Assembly (NCBI GenBank): GCA_002104905.1
Contig: MCFE01000002.1
Span: 248,001-312,000 of the forward strand
DNA: 64,000 nucleotides
Source: Basidiobolus meristosporus CBS 931.73
Lineage: Eukaryota > Fungi > Basidiobolomycota
Direction: 5' to 3'
The notes under the pieces were generated by a model, which had not been told where the DNA came from, ran no database searches, and saw only the letters and a program-made list of their open reading frames with translations. Shown piece after piece: positions 1 through 12,294 of the stretch. The position numbers were made by a program, and so were the translations under genes. The stretch's first letter is position 1. The number at the start of each line of letters is the position of its first letter.

Positions 1-2120
1 GTTGCTCATGTACGATGTGGACAAGGTGGTGATAGGCATGGACCTTGAGGTAATCGAACACCACACGCAGTGGCATTTGCTTCTAGTCACTGACTCGTTG
101 GATAGAAAGGAAATTACACCTGGGTGAGCAAAAAAACGATCCTTCAGGATTTACAAGTCAATGATGAACAGTTCCTGGACATTTGTATTCTCGCTGGCTT
201 CGAGTACAGTAGTACCTTCCCACCGCTGCAGAGTGATATGATGTCTTTCACGTTCAAGGGGGTCATTGATATGATCAAGCAATACAAGACTGGCTTCAAC
301 GCAGTCCAAGGGTTTGCCGACCATGCCGAAGTATGGCCAGAGCTGAAATGCTTCTTCATAAGCCAAGCACTAAAGCTCTCCGACTGTAGGTTATCAAGAC
401 TAAATATGTAGACCACTATTGTCGGATTCGCTGTGCCATCAAATATCATCCGATCCTTAACGAGGAGGGGCACGTTGAGCCTTTAAACATCGAAAACGCA
501 CCTACAGATATCCATGAGTTCATGGGCTACCGTCTACCAGACGAAGTTTATTTTTATCTCACCCAGTGTCTGATCAACCCTCAGGTAGCATGCTTTTGAT
601 GAGCTACTCCAGATCACTGCTAACGTAGTATTGTGCGAAAGGTGATCAACAACTTACAATCGGGAGTCTTGATTGAGCTTCCCCCTCTGTGTAACGGCGA
701 AACTCAAGAGTACCACCAGTTCCTTTCCAAATTACTGAAGATAAGAGTCCAGAGTCTTGGTCTTCTGGTCGAGCCCCTACATCAGTTTTATCATTCTCGC
801 AAAGTGGTAGCGTACACTAACAATCACAAATGCATCATTGAAGTTGTATGAAGATTTACTGGATAATGATCAGGTCTCTATCTTTTGGTTTGAGCCAAAC
901 ACCGAGCATCCCATGAGCCACAAGGACCTCGTTAAAGCCAGCGAATGGTCCATTCCTCAAAATGTGATTCAGCAAGCACAGAGAGCAGAGAATGTAAGTA
1001 CTTACGTCCCGGGACACAAAGCTTGGGCTGACATTTGGATACATCCCTATAGGGGCAGTTGGATCTGGGCCTAGCTCTATCTTCCTTGGCTACCTTCACT
1101 CAATCTCATAGCGCTAGCACTGTAAGTCATCCTTGATTTGCTGCCAACTCCCTCGGGACTGATTTTTATCATCGCACATAGCTTCTCAAAACCAAAGACC
1201 AAATTGTCCTGAATATTTTGCTCAAGCTGCTAGAGAGACGTAGGTTTGTATCCCGAGGAATTCAATTACCGGCGGGTTGACTCTAAGATCCGTTCTATCA
1301 TAGCTTCATTGAGCCCAATCGTACGCTGAGCAAATATGGTCGGGCTTATTTAGATGGTCTTAGACTAGGAGCAAATCAAAGATCCGAAGAGCTTTATCTC
1401 GCTCTGGAATTGATTCGTATGGATATATTGCGTGCGGAGCCCTATAGCAAGACATATTTCGGAGCTCCTACGGTTGGCACTGAGGAGGAAAAGAAGCACA
1501 TTACTCTTATTTGTAGAGTGGCTGGCTTGCTACGTATCCAGGCCAAAGCCCAGCCATGGGTTGGTAACCTCAACCGGGATCTATTGGTAATCAACGGATT
1601 CATCAAGAACCTATCGAAAAGTTTAAGAAATTTGATTGAGATGTCGACCCTCAACCTCTTCCTGACCAACCGGTGCACCAAAAGCCGAGATGATTATCTT
1701 GAAATAGCCTTCAGGTAACACTCGGTCTGTATGCTTCAACAGAAGCCAACTGCTAATTGGTTCAACAAAACAGCTTGCCGTTCTTGCATGATACCAACAC
1801 CGCGTTCAGTATTGTCACCAAGGCTTTCTTAGAGAAGAGAATTCAACTCGGTGGTGCAAGTGCCTCCGAAGCATTAGCATCGTTAAAACAAACGTTCAGT
1901 TCATGTATAGATTTGGAATCCGATCTGAAGACACTGTTCAGCTTCTGGGATCAGGTACTAATTACTTGTTTCTGGACCCCGTGCTCTTTCCTCATTTTGA
2001 CCCTCTTCTTGTTAGGTCTTCGCTGCTGTCAAGACATTGCATTCGGAGCAATCCTTGGAGGCCTCCAGATTCAATGAATATGTGAACGCCGATAAATGGC
2101 TGAAAGGATTCAGGCTTTAG
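1..2120 (+). CDS. MKT1: MKT1-like post-transcriptional regulator (XPG/FEN1-like fold plus MKT1 N/C domains); multi-exon, 5' end outside window
   Basis: Exon peptides DEQFLDICILAGFEY, IHEFMGYRLPDEVYFYL, VLIELPPLCNGETQEY, LELIRMDIL and NGFIKNLSKSLRNLIEM; GT-AG introns; last exon ends FNEYVNADKWLKGFRL-TAG at 2118-2120. Confidence 0.8.
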
Positions 2121-2286
2121 TTATTTTCGTCCATAGGACCTCTCTATAGGGTGATGTTGAGTCTGTTAACAATAAACCACTGAAGCCCATTTGGTTGCCA
2201 AGCAATGTACACTATGTAGTTATAAAGGAATGTTGATGTTCATACTATATTTGCTAGTTGTTAGCGGGTACGAATGGGATAGGGCA

Positions 2287-3402
2287 TTATAGTTTCTTCA
2301 ACTTGGCGAAATACAAGGGGCCATATCCGTGGGCGGCATCTGGTAAACATATCCAACCATGCTTGGTTTTCTCACCCAACGGCCAGTTCTCTTGAACAAT
2401 CTCAAATGGAACCTTTGACTTGTTGAGCGCCCGTTCGATGACGCCATCATTTTCCAGTTCGCTCAATGCGCATGTGCTGTACACTATTGTTCCCCCAGGA
2501 CGTACCACTTTCAATGCTGACTGAAGCAAAGCAAATTGTCTTTTCGCTAGATTCTTCGACCTGGATGGGGTCCAAAGCTTGAACTCACTAGAGTCGTGTA
2601 AAATATGTCTATCAGATGAGCACGGCGCATCGACCAAAACCTTGTCATATCGATCCAGTCCGAAGAAAAGGAATTTCCATCCCTCTTCTCCCGTAATTCT
2701 CAAGTCAACATTGAATTCTTTCGGAATGTACTCTGCCATGACTCGACTGAGCGTCTTACGTCGTGTAGGTGAAGGCTCGTTACTGGTAAGGTGTCCGCCT
2801 ATTACCCCACTCATGCGCTGTAATATGCAGAGGGATTTGCCTCCTGGCGAGGCGCACATATCAAGAACATGTTCGCCAGGCTGAATATCTAAAGCCTCAG
2901 TAGCCAATACCGAACCAGCATCGAGTAAATAGTGAGTCAACAAACCCGTTGTCTCGTTCTTCTCCGGGCGCGGGAAGGAGTAACCACCTATATCCTCGGA
3001 TACTTGAAAGCACTCGAGGCTTTTGAATGGAAGTTTTTCTAACTTTAGCTCCTGCATGCTGTCCGGTATCGAAGGATTCTCTTCTGGCGAAGAGTATTTA
3101 TTTAGCAAACAACTATAGCGCTGAGGAGACTTCAGACTTGGGTGGAGCTGAGTCCAGCGAGCAGTTCCATAAATACTTTCATAAAATTCGCTGTATTCCT
3201 TTTCAACCTCGTCTAAAGTTTTTTGTGCTTTAGACTTACGATGTCGTTCTGTGGCTACGGGCTCCTCCGCTTGTTTTGCCTTCTGCTTACTTAACCACGC
3301 ATTTTGACTGAAAGAGCGCTCTGTTTGAGCTCTACAAGTCAACGCATTGTATACTCGTCCGATGCCAAGCGTGTATCTTCGGCTGATGAGTGACTGGTAC
3401 AT
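2287..3402 (-). CDS. NOL1/NOP2/Sun-family RNA m5C methyltransferase (NSUN3/NSUN4-like, probably mitochondrial)
   Basis: Single-exon ORF, ATG at 3402. Motifs LLDAGSVLA, VLDMCASPGGKS, DKVLVDAPCSSD and IVYSTCALSELENDGVI; Arg-rich N-terminus. Confidence 0.9.
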   Translation of the reverse strand: MYQSLISRRYTLGIGRVYNALTCRAQTERSFSQNAWLSKQKAKQAEEPVATERHRKSKAQKTLDEVEKEYSEFYESIYGTARWTQLHPSLKSPQRYSCLLNKYSSPEENPSIPDSMQELKLEKLPFKSLECFQVSEDIGGYSFPRPEKNETTGLLTHYLLDAGSVLATEALDIQPGEHVLDMCASPGGKSLCILQRMSGVIGGHLTSNEPSPTRRKTLSRVMAEYIPKEFNVDLRITGEEGWKFLFFGLDRYDKVLVDAPCSSDRHILHDSSEFKLWTPSRSKNLAKRQFALLQSALKVVRPGGTIVYSTCALSELENDGVIERALNKSKVPFEIVQENWPLGEKTKHGWICLPDAAHGYGPLYFAKLKKL

Positions 3403-3604
3403 TCTCACCTACTGAAAGCCCTATGCACTTTATTATAATTCAAAATTTCTCGTATGTCATGTGACCAGATTGTTGGTGTTTATGAAAAGCAGGTTTGTTT
3501 ATTCGAATATCTATTCTGCCCAATAGCGTTTCCTCCAAGTTATATTCTCGTGCCGTCGAGAGTACATATATTCGTTATCCTTTTGTTGCGCTTTCAGTTG
3601 CATC

Positions 3605-6139
3605 ATGGGGATATCTGGACTACTACCACTACTGAAACCTATACAGAAGAAGACACACCTCTCTTCCTATGAAGGCCAAACTATCGCTGTAGACGCGTAT
3701 GTATGGTTGCATAAGGGCGCATTCGCATGTGCCAAAGAGTTATGTTTGAACGAACCTACCAAAAAGTAAATATTTATATTCTTACTGGTATTTGGTCGAA
3801 GCGCTTCACTATCATGTTTCAGTCAATAACCTTCATAAACGTATAGGTACATCACGTACTGCATGAATAAAGTGAAGATGCTACGAAGCTTCAATATCAA
3901 GCCACTGCTAGTGTTCGATGGAGGACTGCTTCCTTCCAAACTAACGACCGAATTTGAACGAGCAAGGTGAGCGTTGAGAGAGTGGTGTTGTCGATCCTTG
4001 ATATTGACGGGATTTTCGTGGATTTCAGCTCACGAAGCACCAATAGAATCAAAGCCATTGAACTGTACGAGAGAGGCAAGAGAAAGGAGGCAATGGACTA
4101 TTTCCAGAAATGTGTGGATATAACCCCGCAGATGGCATTTCAACTGATTAAAGTTTGTCGTTATTTCGCCATCAGGCTAACCTTGAATCAAGCTGACAGC
4201 AACTGTTAGGCCCTGCGAGAGGAAAACGTGGAATTCATAGTTGCGCCCTATGAGGCTGATGCACAACTAGCTTATCTTGACAAAATAGGACGAGTTTCGG
4301 CGATCATCACTGAAGATTCTGACCTCCTTGTCTACGGGTGTAAATGTGTAAGTTTCATGGAGAGCGTAAGAGATGACGTGGATGGTAACGATGTTGTAGG
4401 TGATTTTCAAATTGGATCACCAAGGCAATGGTATAGAGGTCAAGATAGAGGATATCTCGAAGATGAGCTCGATATTTTTGGACTGGTCACATTCACAATT
4501 TCGTCAGATGTGTATCCTATCTGGTTGTGACTACCTAAAATCCATTCCCGGCGTGGGCCTGAAAACTGCACACAAGTACTTCCAAAAATATCGCTGTTTC
4601 GAAAGGGTGAGGAGCTCCAGTAGCCTACGGAAGGATTCTTCGATTTACACGCTTTGTACGCTTGCACAATATATTAGGTTATCCGGATACTGCGGCTGGA
4701 GAACTCGTTAAAGATTCCTGCTGATTATGAGCAGAAATTCCAGCGGGCAGAGCTAACGTTTAGACATCAGCACGTGTACTGTCCTGAAGCCATGAAGTTG
4801 ATCCCATTGAATCCGATTGAGGCTGGCCTAGAAACAATGGTTGTGGATTTTATTGGCAAGTATGTATTCACTGCTGTTACTGTAGTTTGGCATCGACACG
4901 TGTTAACTCTGCATAGATCTCTGCCTTCAAACATTGCTAAGGACATCGCTACTGGTATCCTTGATCCAGCCACATACCAACCTTATATCGAATGCGTCAG
5001 CGTTCCTACACGGAGGATCAAGGTATGCATCCAGGTACCTTGGATCTTACTTCACTCCATCACACTTACCATGCCTATATTAGGTCATCAAATGTATCAA
5101 AAAACTGGATTTCTTTACTCCAAAACCAAAGAAATCCTCCAACCTGGAATCCACCGAATTACCGCAAAAGAGCAGCCTTTTTCTGGAGAAATCCCGCTCA
5201 GAACCTCGCTCTGCAGCCGTCTCTTCGTTTATTCAGGAAAGATCGAGAACGCTACTAGTCAGTACGCCAGAGCGTAGTTCTTTCTTCAAACCTGCGGGTA
5301 ATGAGGATCCGGAGATCACTACAACATTATTGCAAAATGAGAATCATATTCCACAAACCAGCTCAACCGACAATCTGATGGCGACAACTGAGCAAATACA
5401 GGCTGCGGAGGATGGTGTTGACTCGGAAATTAACCATGGACATATGGATCAAGCGCCAGAAACTCCGAACATTGGCTGTATCGCTGGTTATGATTCACCA
5501 ACACCTATTCGGACTAAATCCTGGGCGGAGTCACACCAAAGCCTGTCTCCAACAAAAGATTTGTTGGGGGCCAAACGCTGTATTACAGATGTGGACGCAG
5601 ATGATATATCCGACTTCGATAGAGCCCAACATCGTTTAATGCAAGTTGCGAAGAGCCTACGTGCCAAGTTCGCAAGAACAGAAAACGAACCAGTAAGTCA
5701 GGAGTGTAAACCTGTTGAGAGTACGGTAGCTGAATTCTCCATTACTTTAGCCATTATTGATGAAATGCCATTCTGTGATAACCCTGGATTCAAAGCCGAC
5801 CATATCGTTGACCAAATCAAAATCGACTTCGGAGTATGAACCATTCCTATCATTGACCAAATCAGAGCATGAACCATCCCCATCATTGACCAAATCAGAG
5901 TATGAGGGTACGTGTTTACCAAGGAATTGCTATGGCGTGAGGTAACCGAGATCTCCTTTATTTCAGATCAAACAGCAACATGTAGAGAAACGCCTCGCAC
6001 CCCGACTGGCAAGAGTACTAGATACAAAGAAACGCCTCGCACCCCGACCAACAAGATCACTCGATTCTGCGCGGATAGTCCTACCCTTCCAACCAGCGCA
6101 CAAAAATTGGAAGCATTCAGATTTAGAGCCAAAACGTAA
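3605..6139 (+). CDS. EXO1: Exonuclease 1 (XPG/Rad2 family), multi-exon
   Basis: Starts [13 protein letters not shown]; [12 protein letters not shown]; [15 protein letters not shown]; [12 protein letters not shown]; [21 protein letters not shown]; [10 protein letters not shown]; ends with the EXO1-type LEAFRF motif before TAA. Confidence 0.93.
5797..5905 (+). repeat. About 3 copies of a 33-bp coding tandem repeat (SLTKSE(H/Y)EP) in the EXO1 tail
   Basis: TCATTGACCAAATCAGAG(C/T)ATGAACC repeats with a 33-nt period, with a diverged earlier copy (ATCGTTGACCAAATCAAAATC). Confidence 0.75.
5986..6048 (+). repeat. 42-bp-period duplication encoding ETPRTPT twice in the EXO1 tail
   Basis: AGAAACGCCTCGCACCCCGAC occurs twice. 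Confidence 0.75.
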
Positions 6140-6819
6140 GATTACATTCCAACAAATTGGAGGGCAAGAGGAGTGCATGCATCCGACCGTATATGTCCAT
6201 TAGCATCATGAACGCTTTCTCCCTTTCACGCATAGAACGTAAGCCCCTTGAAAGAATAAAGATTATAGTGTAATACAATCTCGATACATATATCCGAGAC
6301 AGCAGATCTCCCGAAACCGTGCTAACGAAGTGCAATAGTGACATTGATAGAATATCGGAGGGAGTTGTAGAGATAGGCAGAGTAAACCGCCACAGAGGGA
6401 GTGGTGCAAGATAGAAACCTGGCTGGCACTTACCCAATAATCCACAGCACCCATGCGCATCAACTTCCAACCCAAATAACCAGGATTTTCCTGCCTTTAC
6501 CTGCTTTTCACCACTAAAAATACTCCTATTATGCGACCTAACGGGTGATTCAGACACTTGCACTGATATACGCTAGCGCTGATTCAGACTGATATTTTAT
6601 CCAAATCAATTTAGATGATCTCCGAAAATTCCTATACCTGCACTCATTGATCTGCTGCTTGAATGTTTCGCACACAATTTGTCGCTCCTATACTTCATTT
6701 CAGGGGGGTCGGTATCGCCTGTTTCTCCAGCGAGAATATATATATATTCCTATCCCTGGGAGGCGGCCAGCGTAACACCTTTCGACCTCTTCCTTTAGCA
6801 GCCTACCTCTGTACATATA

Positions 6820-7850
6820 ATGACTCGACCGAATTCTAGGAAGAAACATATCCCCATCACTACCAAAGCGATCAGCAAGATCAAGTTTCTGGAAGTAGAC
6901 GGCATGGAGCTAGCTTGCCAGTTGACTATCTTGGATTCTTTTCTTTACAATCGAGTATCTCCAATTGAATGCATTTACAAGGCATGGTGCCAGAAAGAAG
7001 AGTGGATGGCTTCAAACATCAAAAACAGTCTTCGGGTCCATCGCCAGGTAAGCTTATTCCGCTTACTTGACTGGAATTGGAGACGCATACCAATGAACCA
7101 TCAATTGCCAGATCACCAACTGGCTTGCTAGAGTGATTCTACTGGAGAAAGATACTATCCGAAGGATTGCACTGATCGAACATATTATCAACATAGCAAA
7201 TGTAAGGACGTACCATCCAATACATCCCACTCTCGACTGATCTCAACAATTCTAGCGATGCAACTTACTACATAACTTCAACACTACGAAAGCCATATTG
7301 GATTGCCTCTCGTTGAAGCAGATCCAAAGCCTTGAACAGACATGGCAGGTAATCTACTCTCGAATCTGACATGGCCGTTCAAACTCTTCAAGCTAAACCA
7401 GTGGCATTATCAAGTTCGTGAATCCAAAGGCCAAGGCCACACTAGAAGGACTCTTTCGCCTCATGGACGTGGGCAGTAACTTTAGAGAGTACCGCGATAG
7501 ACTTAAAAAGTTGGCTAAAGAGAATAAGGTTGCCACTGTTCCTTATCTAGGTAAAGCATTTTGGCGTTCGTATGAGATATGTGCTAAGCTTTCTGGGTAA
7601 AGAGCTGATTTTACAGGACCATGAAGAGAAACTCGAGTTTGATGCATCAGACATGATCCAAGAGATTGAGATGTTCCAGCACACATACAGTATTTCCCCC
7701 ATTCCTGAGATCCAGGCGTTTATTGATCACTGCTTGCATGAGCATGGACATCAGAAGGACTTTGATCGGCTAGCGGTCACGTTACAGGAGGATGTGAACG
7801 ACGAAAATCTATACATATTTATGCTGGGAAATCCGCGCCTTAGCTCCTAG
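6820..7850 (+). CDS. RasGEF (CDC25-type catalytic domain) protein, multi-exon; true start uncertain
   Basis: FLEVDGMELACQLTILDSFLYNRVSPIECIYKAW, ITNWLARVIL, HNFNTTKAILDCL, SNFREYRDRL and VPYLG are CDC25-domain motifs; GT-AG introns. Confidence 0.75.
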
Positions 7851-8920
7851 AGAAGAACAGCTCGATGTGATATCAATTCCTAGAGAATAGCAGTTTGACT
7901 AGCTGAAACCACTCTAATCTATTCTTGGCGGCGGTACCAATAAACCTTGTCAACATCAGGAATTTCTTTTCAACGCTATGCCGATGAATGGACCCTTGGC
8001 GTTGAATAGGGCTTACTTATTCTATTTTCAGACTGATCAGTGGGTTGCATGAAGATTGGTCTGTAAGGTTCAGGCATGATAGATGTTTCAGCTGGAAGCA
8101 ATGTGGAAGGGTTGTAGAGAAACCTTTGGAGAGTGGCTATGACTAATACTCCATAACCAATGAATGGACTTCAAATAGCCTAGAACATGGTCTTGAGGAT
8201 CAAGAAATGATCCCATTGCAATGATAATCACCTTCCTATTAGTGTCAATTGTCATAGCAACACTAGAAACACCGTTTCATTGGTGGTATATCAGCGAAAT
8301 GTGGAGTGTTACTGGCAGTTAATCTTATTTGCCAATCCATTGGGGCTTCAGTTTCCGATCCCGATCAAGAGATAAGTAGTCACTTGTTGCTAATTCATTG
8401 GATCGCTCCAGTTGCGGTCACAAATGATAGTCATTCTTACAAAGATAGTAGGTATCCTCAACGGCTGAAAGAAGCGGGACCGGTCGATTCAGCAAGTTCC
8501 GAAGCTAGCGACTTGGGAGCATGTTCGAAAATGGATTACTCTCAGAGCAGATTAAGCCAATGATATCTCAGTACTCGGATCCGTACTTCTTACTCTCACC
8601 GATTGAGCTAATAAAAAGCAGTTCAATCCGTCTAGCAAGATGTACACAGCCCTTTTCACATCCTACCCGACCAAAGCATGGACTCCATTTGCTCAAAGCA
8701 TGCTCCAAGTGAAACTCGTTCGTTCACAGATACTGGAACCCCTCAAACCATCCCGATCACCATGCTGCTATCTTTAAACACACTAAGAACAGAACGATCA
8801 ACAAACCACAATCAGACATCAAGTTGCATAGTATATGACATTCACTACATTTCCGGAAGAAAGCCTATACTGATCCTCTCTCTATCTCTACAGATTCCTG
8901 AGCCCCAACCACAGCCATCT

Positions 8921-9424
8921 ATGAGAACAAGGCCGAACACTAGGGTTGCTCGCAGATGCAAAAAATATACTGCAAGCTGGAACCCCGTGTTAAGGCCCAT
9001 CCCCACCATTGAAATCTCCTACCCTACTCCGCCTCCTTCGAGACCAGATAATATCAAAAAGGTTTATGTACAGAAGGCTTGTATTAATTGTAAATCATCC
9101 CACGTAGCCTGTGATACTAGCCGACCATGTCTCCGTTGCCTTCGCAGCGGTAAATCCTCAACCTGTATTGATGCTAGTAGAAGGAAACGGGGAAGACCTA
9201 GTGCTAAGTCAACATCCTCTACCGATGACTCCGATACCAGCATCGATAGTCCAATCAAACTCCGGCCGATAGGAATGGTGAACCTGGAGGACAGAGACTC
9301 TCTGAGCTTGCCGGGGGTCTACGAAGCACCAGACACTATATATGAGAAAACATCCCTCAGAGCCATTCTACTTCATCCATCGGATTTAGATCGAAAAGAA
9401 CCACTCCACTATCCCCCATCATGA
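8921..9424 (+). CDS. Small Zn(II)2Cys6 transcription factor (ERT1/GSM1/RDS2-like cluster)
   Basis: KVYVQKACINCKSSHVACDTSRPCLRCLRSGKSSTCIDASRRKRGRP; ATG at 8921, although an upstream exon is possible (CTACAG acceptor near 8893). Confidence 0.8.
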   Translation: MRTRPNTRVARRCKKYTASWNPVLRPIPTIEISYPTPPPSRPDNIKKVYVQKACINCKSSHVACDTSRPCLRCLRSGKSSTCIDASRRKRGRPSAKSTSSTDDSDTSIDSPIKLRPIGMVNLEDRDSLSLPGVYEAPDTIYEKTSLRAILLHPSDLDRKEPLHYPPS

Positions 9425-10006
9425 TCCTATACAAGGTTGATTCCATGTAAGGCCAATGGTTGAATCATCGCCCTCACCCTTATACATTGTTGATTAATGT
9501 TGTGTACATGGAGGATTACCAACTGATTCCAAACGCCATAGACTAATATCAGAGTGCAAATCAAGTGCAGCTTCCGAAGCAAGAATAAATCGGAATTTAT
9601 TAAAGCATTTTTGCTATGCTCCCACAATAATAAGCAGATAATAGGTAAATAGCCTATGGTACAGATGTTGCGATCTAGCTGTGCATTTCCCGTATGTGAT
9701 CTTCAAGTAGGAAGATAAGCCGTTAATTCTACGGCGACAACACTAGGAAAGCCCGAGGACTGCATGAAAAAGCATCAAGATTGGCCGTTTACTTGCACAG
9801 TTACAACTGACATGGAGTATCGTGGTGGGTGGAGAGATGTCTCTTTTAGAACTTGTGGACAACGCAGCGGAGCGCATACAGGACTGATTTTATTCATAGA
9901 TTCCGAGGCGGAATCCACAACCAAGGGCATAACGCTTGGCTGATTCGGGTAAAGCCCCACATGTATAAATATTGTGGGTGGGAATCTTCCCTTTATTTCA
10001 CACAAG

Positions 10007-10726
10007 ATGTTTTCGAAGAACACACTACTCTCCTACGCTGCCAGCGAGCCCAACACTGCGGAAACTGACAACAAATTGCCTCCTCTACGTCCCTACAAAT
10101 GTAAAACATGTTTCAAGGCGTTCCGAAGATTGGAACACCTTAATCGACACATCCGAATCCACACTGGTGAAAAACCCTACGCTTGCTCTTTCCTAGGCTG
10201 CGATCGAAAGTTCTCCAGATCCGACGAATTAGCTAGACACTCGCGAGTTCACACCAAGAAATGCTCCGACAAAACCAGAGTCCCCAAGCCGCTATCATTC
10301 CCATTCCCGTCGATGCCCTTCCCCCACCCATATCCCTACTCACCAGAACCGAGCCTCTATTCTCAACATCTCTCTCCACATCCCCAAATGTATTTCCAGA
10401 GGCCTTACCACTCTCCACCCAACTCTCAATATTTCCCTACTCGTCACGAATCCTTAGGCAGCCCCAGAGAGATGCTACCAGCATCAGGACCCGGCGTATT
10501 TGGCAAGCCAGCTGGGTTTGCACCTTTCAATGCATTTGACCGATATGCACAGCCTGCCAGTCCTGCACTTTCTTCAAATCCCTCCTCCAACACTGGTTCG
10601 GATTCTGAAGAAGACTCACTACCCAGAATCCAACTACCACAAATCGTCACCCAGTCCGAAAGCAACACCACAGGACGATCATACAAATTGGCCGACATTC
10701 TCAACGTGAGTTCCGTTTGTGAATAG
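10007..10726 (+). CDS. creA: C2H2 carbon catabolite repressor CreA/Mig1-like
   Basis: [55 protein letters not shown] matches the CreA/Mig1 two-finger signature; C-terminal LPRIQLP and LADILN; TATAAAT at 9964. Confidence 0.85.
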   Translation: MFSKNTLLSYAASEPNTAETDNKLPPLRPYKCKTCFKAFRRLEHLNRHIRIHTGEKPYACSFLGCDRKFSRSDELARHSRVHTKKCSDKTRVPKPLSFPFPSMPFPHPYPYSPEPSLYSQHLSPHPQMYFQRPYHSPPNSQYFPTRHESLGSPREMLPASGPGVFGKPAGFAPFNAFDRYAQPASPALSSNPSSNTGSDSEEDSLPRIQLPQIVTQSESNTTGRSYKLADILNVSSVCE

Positions 10727-11189
10727 AGAGAAGCGGGTGGCTAAAAATTAGAGCATATATACAGATTTATTATTTATTATACTTATTTATTGAATTCCAA
10801 CAATACGGGTCTGCCCAATAAAATAGAGTCGAGGGATCATTGGCATAGATGTTTACATTGAACTTCCTTTGTTGGCTTTGGTCATCTTCTGTAACATGAA
10901 ACCGTCCAAGCGACACACAATAGCGACAGAAACGAATATGGATGTAGAGGTAAATCTTGTGGTTTTACATCTTGGCTTTTTCTGACGGTTTTCCAAAGTC
11001 GAAAAGTAGGCGATCGAGTAGAGTACAACAACGCCTTTTGTTATTCACCTTCCCCTTCGTCTAGAAAGTCCGCGAACAACAGTGGATTCTTCGCCAAGCC
11101 AAATGAATGCCTGTATGTACACATGTTATTTCACACTGTTGCCGCCGACTTTCGTAGCTAATGGCAAACTCTACACAGTTGAAATCCTC

Positions 11190-12008
11190 ATGAAAAACTC
11201 AAATCGAAATGAGATCCCTTCAAAGAAAGAGAATCCATCAAGAAAGAATGGAAGTGCAGGCTGGAAGAATGTGCTGAAACCTTACACGGAACATCCCGAG
11301 AAGTACTCAGATTCTGTGGTATATTCCTTTGACGATGAAATGGTCGTCATATATGATCAATATCCAAAGGTGAGGCTAAGGTCTTAGTGAACCACCGATA
11401 ACCTTGCCACTGACGTATGATCAAATAACGCACATCCAGGCCAAAAAGCATTTTCTTATATTACCCCGTAATGGCATTGAATCTATTGACGCTTTGACAA
11501 AGGAGGATACTGCAGTCTTGTTGAAGTTGAGATCTAGAGGAAACGAATTGATTCACAAGTTACGGATAGAGTTCCCGGAAATCCGCAATTATCGCTTGGG
11601 ATTCCATGCAATCCCTAGCTTACAGTATGTTGGATCAATCTACTTTGTTAACCTCCGGTTAATAACGGTCATGATTTGGCTTGTCTCTTAAAGGCCACTC
11701 CATATGCATGTAATTAGTCAAGATTTCATCTCACCGTGCCTCAAGAACAAAACTCACTGGAATTCCTTCACTACTGACTTCTTTCGTGATGTGGATGTTG
11801 TATTGGAAGAACTGACATGCAACGGAGAAATTAAGGTGATTTGCATTCCTTCATCATTGGCATACCCCTTAGACTAATCCTTATCAAATCGCAGTACGAC
11901 AAATCACTCTACGAAAGCAAATTGAAAACCCCACTCCACTGTCATCTCTGTGATGTTGCACCAACGAACATGCCGAAATTGAAAGAGCATTTACTTGAAC
12001 ATATTTAG
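11190..12008 (+). CDS. HNT3: Aprataxin (HIT domain plus C2H2 zinc finger), 4 exons
   Basis: VVIYDQYPK|AKKHFLILPR, LGFHAIPSL|RPLHMHVISQDF, KNKTHWNSFTTDFF and terminal CHLC...KLKEHLLEH. Confidence 0.9.
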
Positions 12009-12294
12009 AGCAATCACGGAAATGGCGTCACTAGAGTTACCTATCTAAATCTGAAGTAAATGTAGTGCTTCCATGACCCGATCATGGACATTTATTCAAT
12101 AGAGTAAACTCAAAAGGAAAGTGGTTGAAAGCAATGTTGAGGAAAGAAAGTGGATGTGTATATATACGACAGATTTACAAGAAACCTTCAGGTTAGAGTG
12201 AATTAGGCATGGGCTTCCTTTGATACACTATAAGGCAAGTAACGGATGCTGTATGTCTAGCAAGGACTTACGCACAAGTCCAGCATAGTGCAAG

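Noticed and set aside
9829-9872. SYGGRG (CreA/Mig1-type) sites GTGGAG and GCGGAG upstream of creA, suggesting autoregulation
   Set aside because: Two degenerate 6-mers in several hundred bp are expected by chance.
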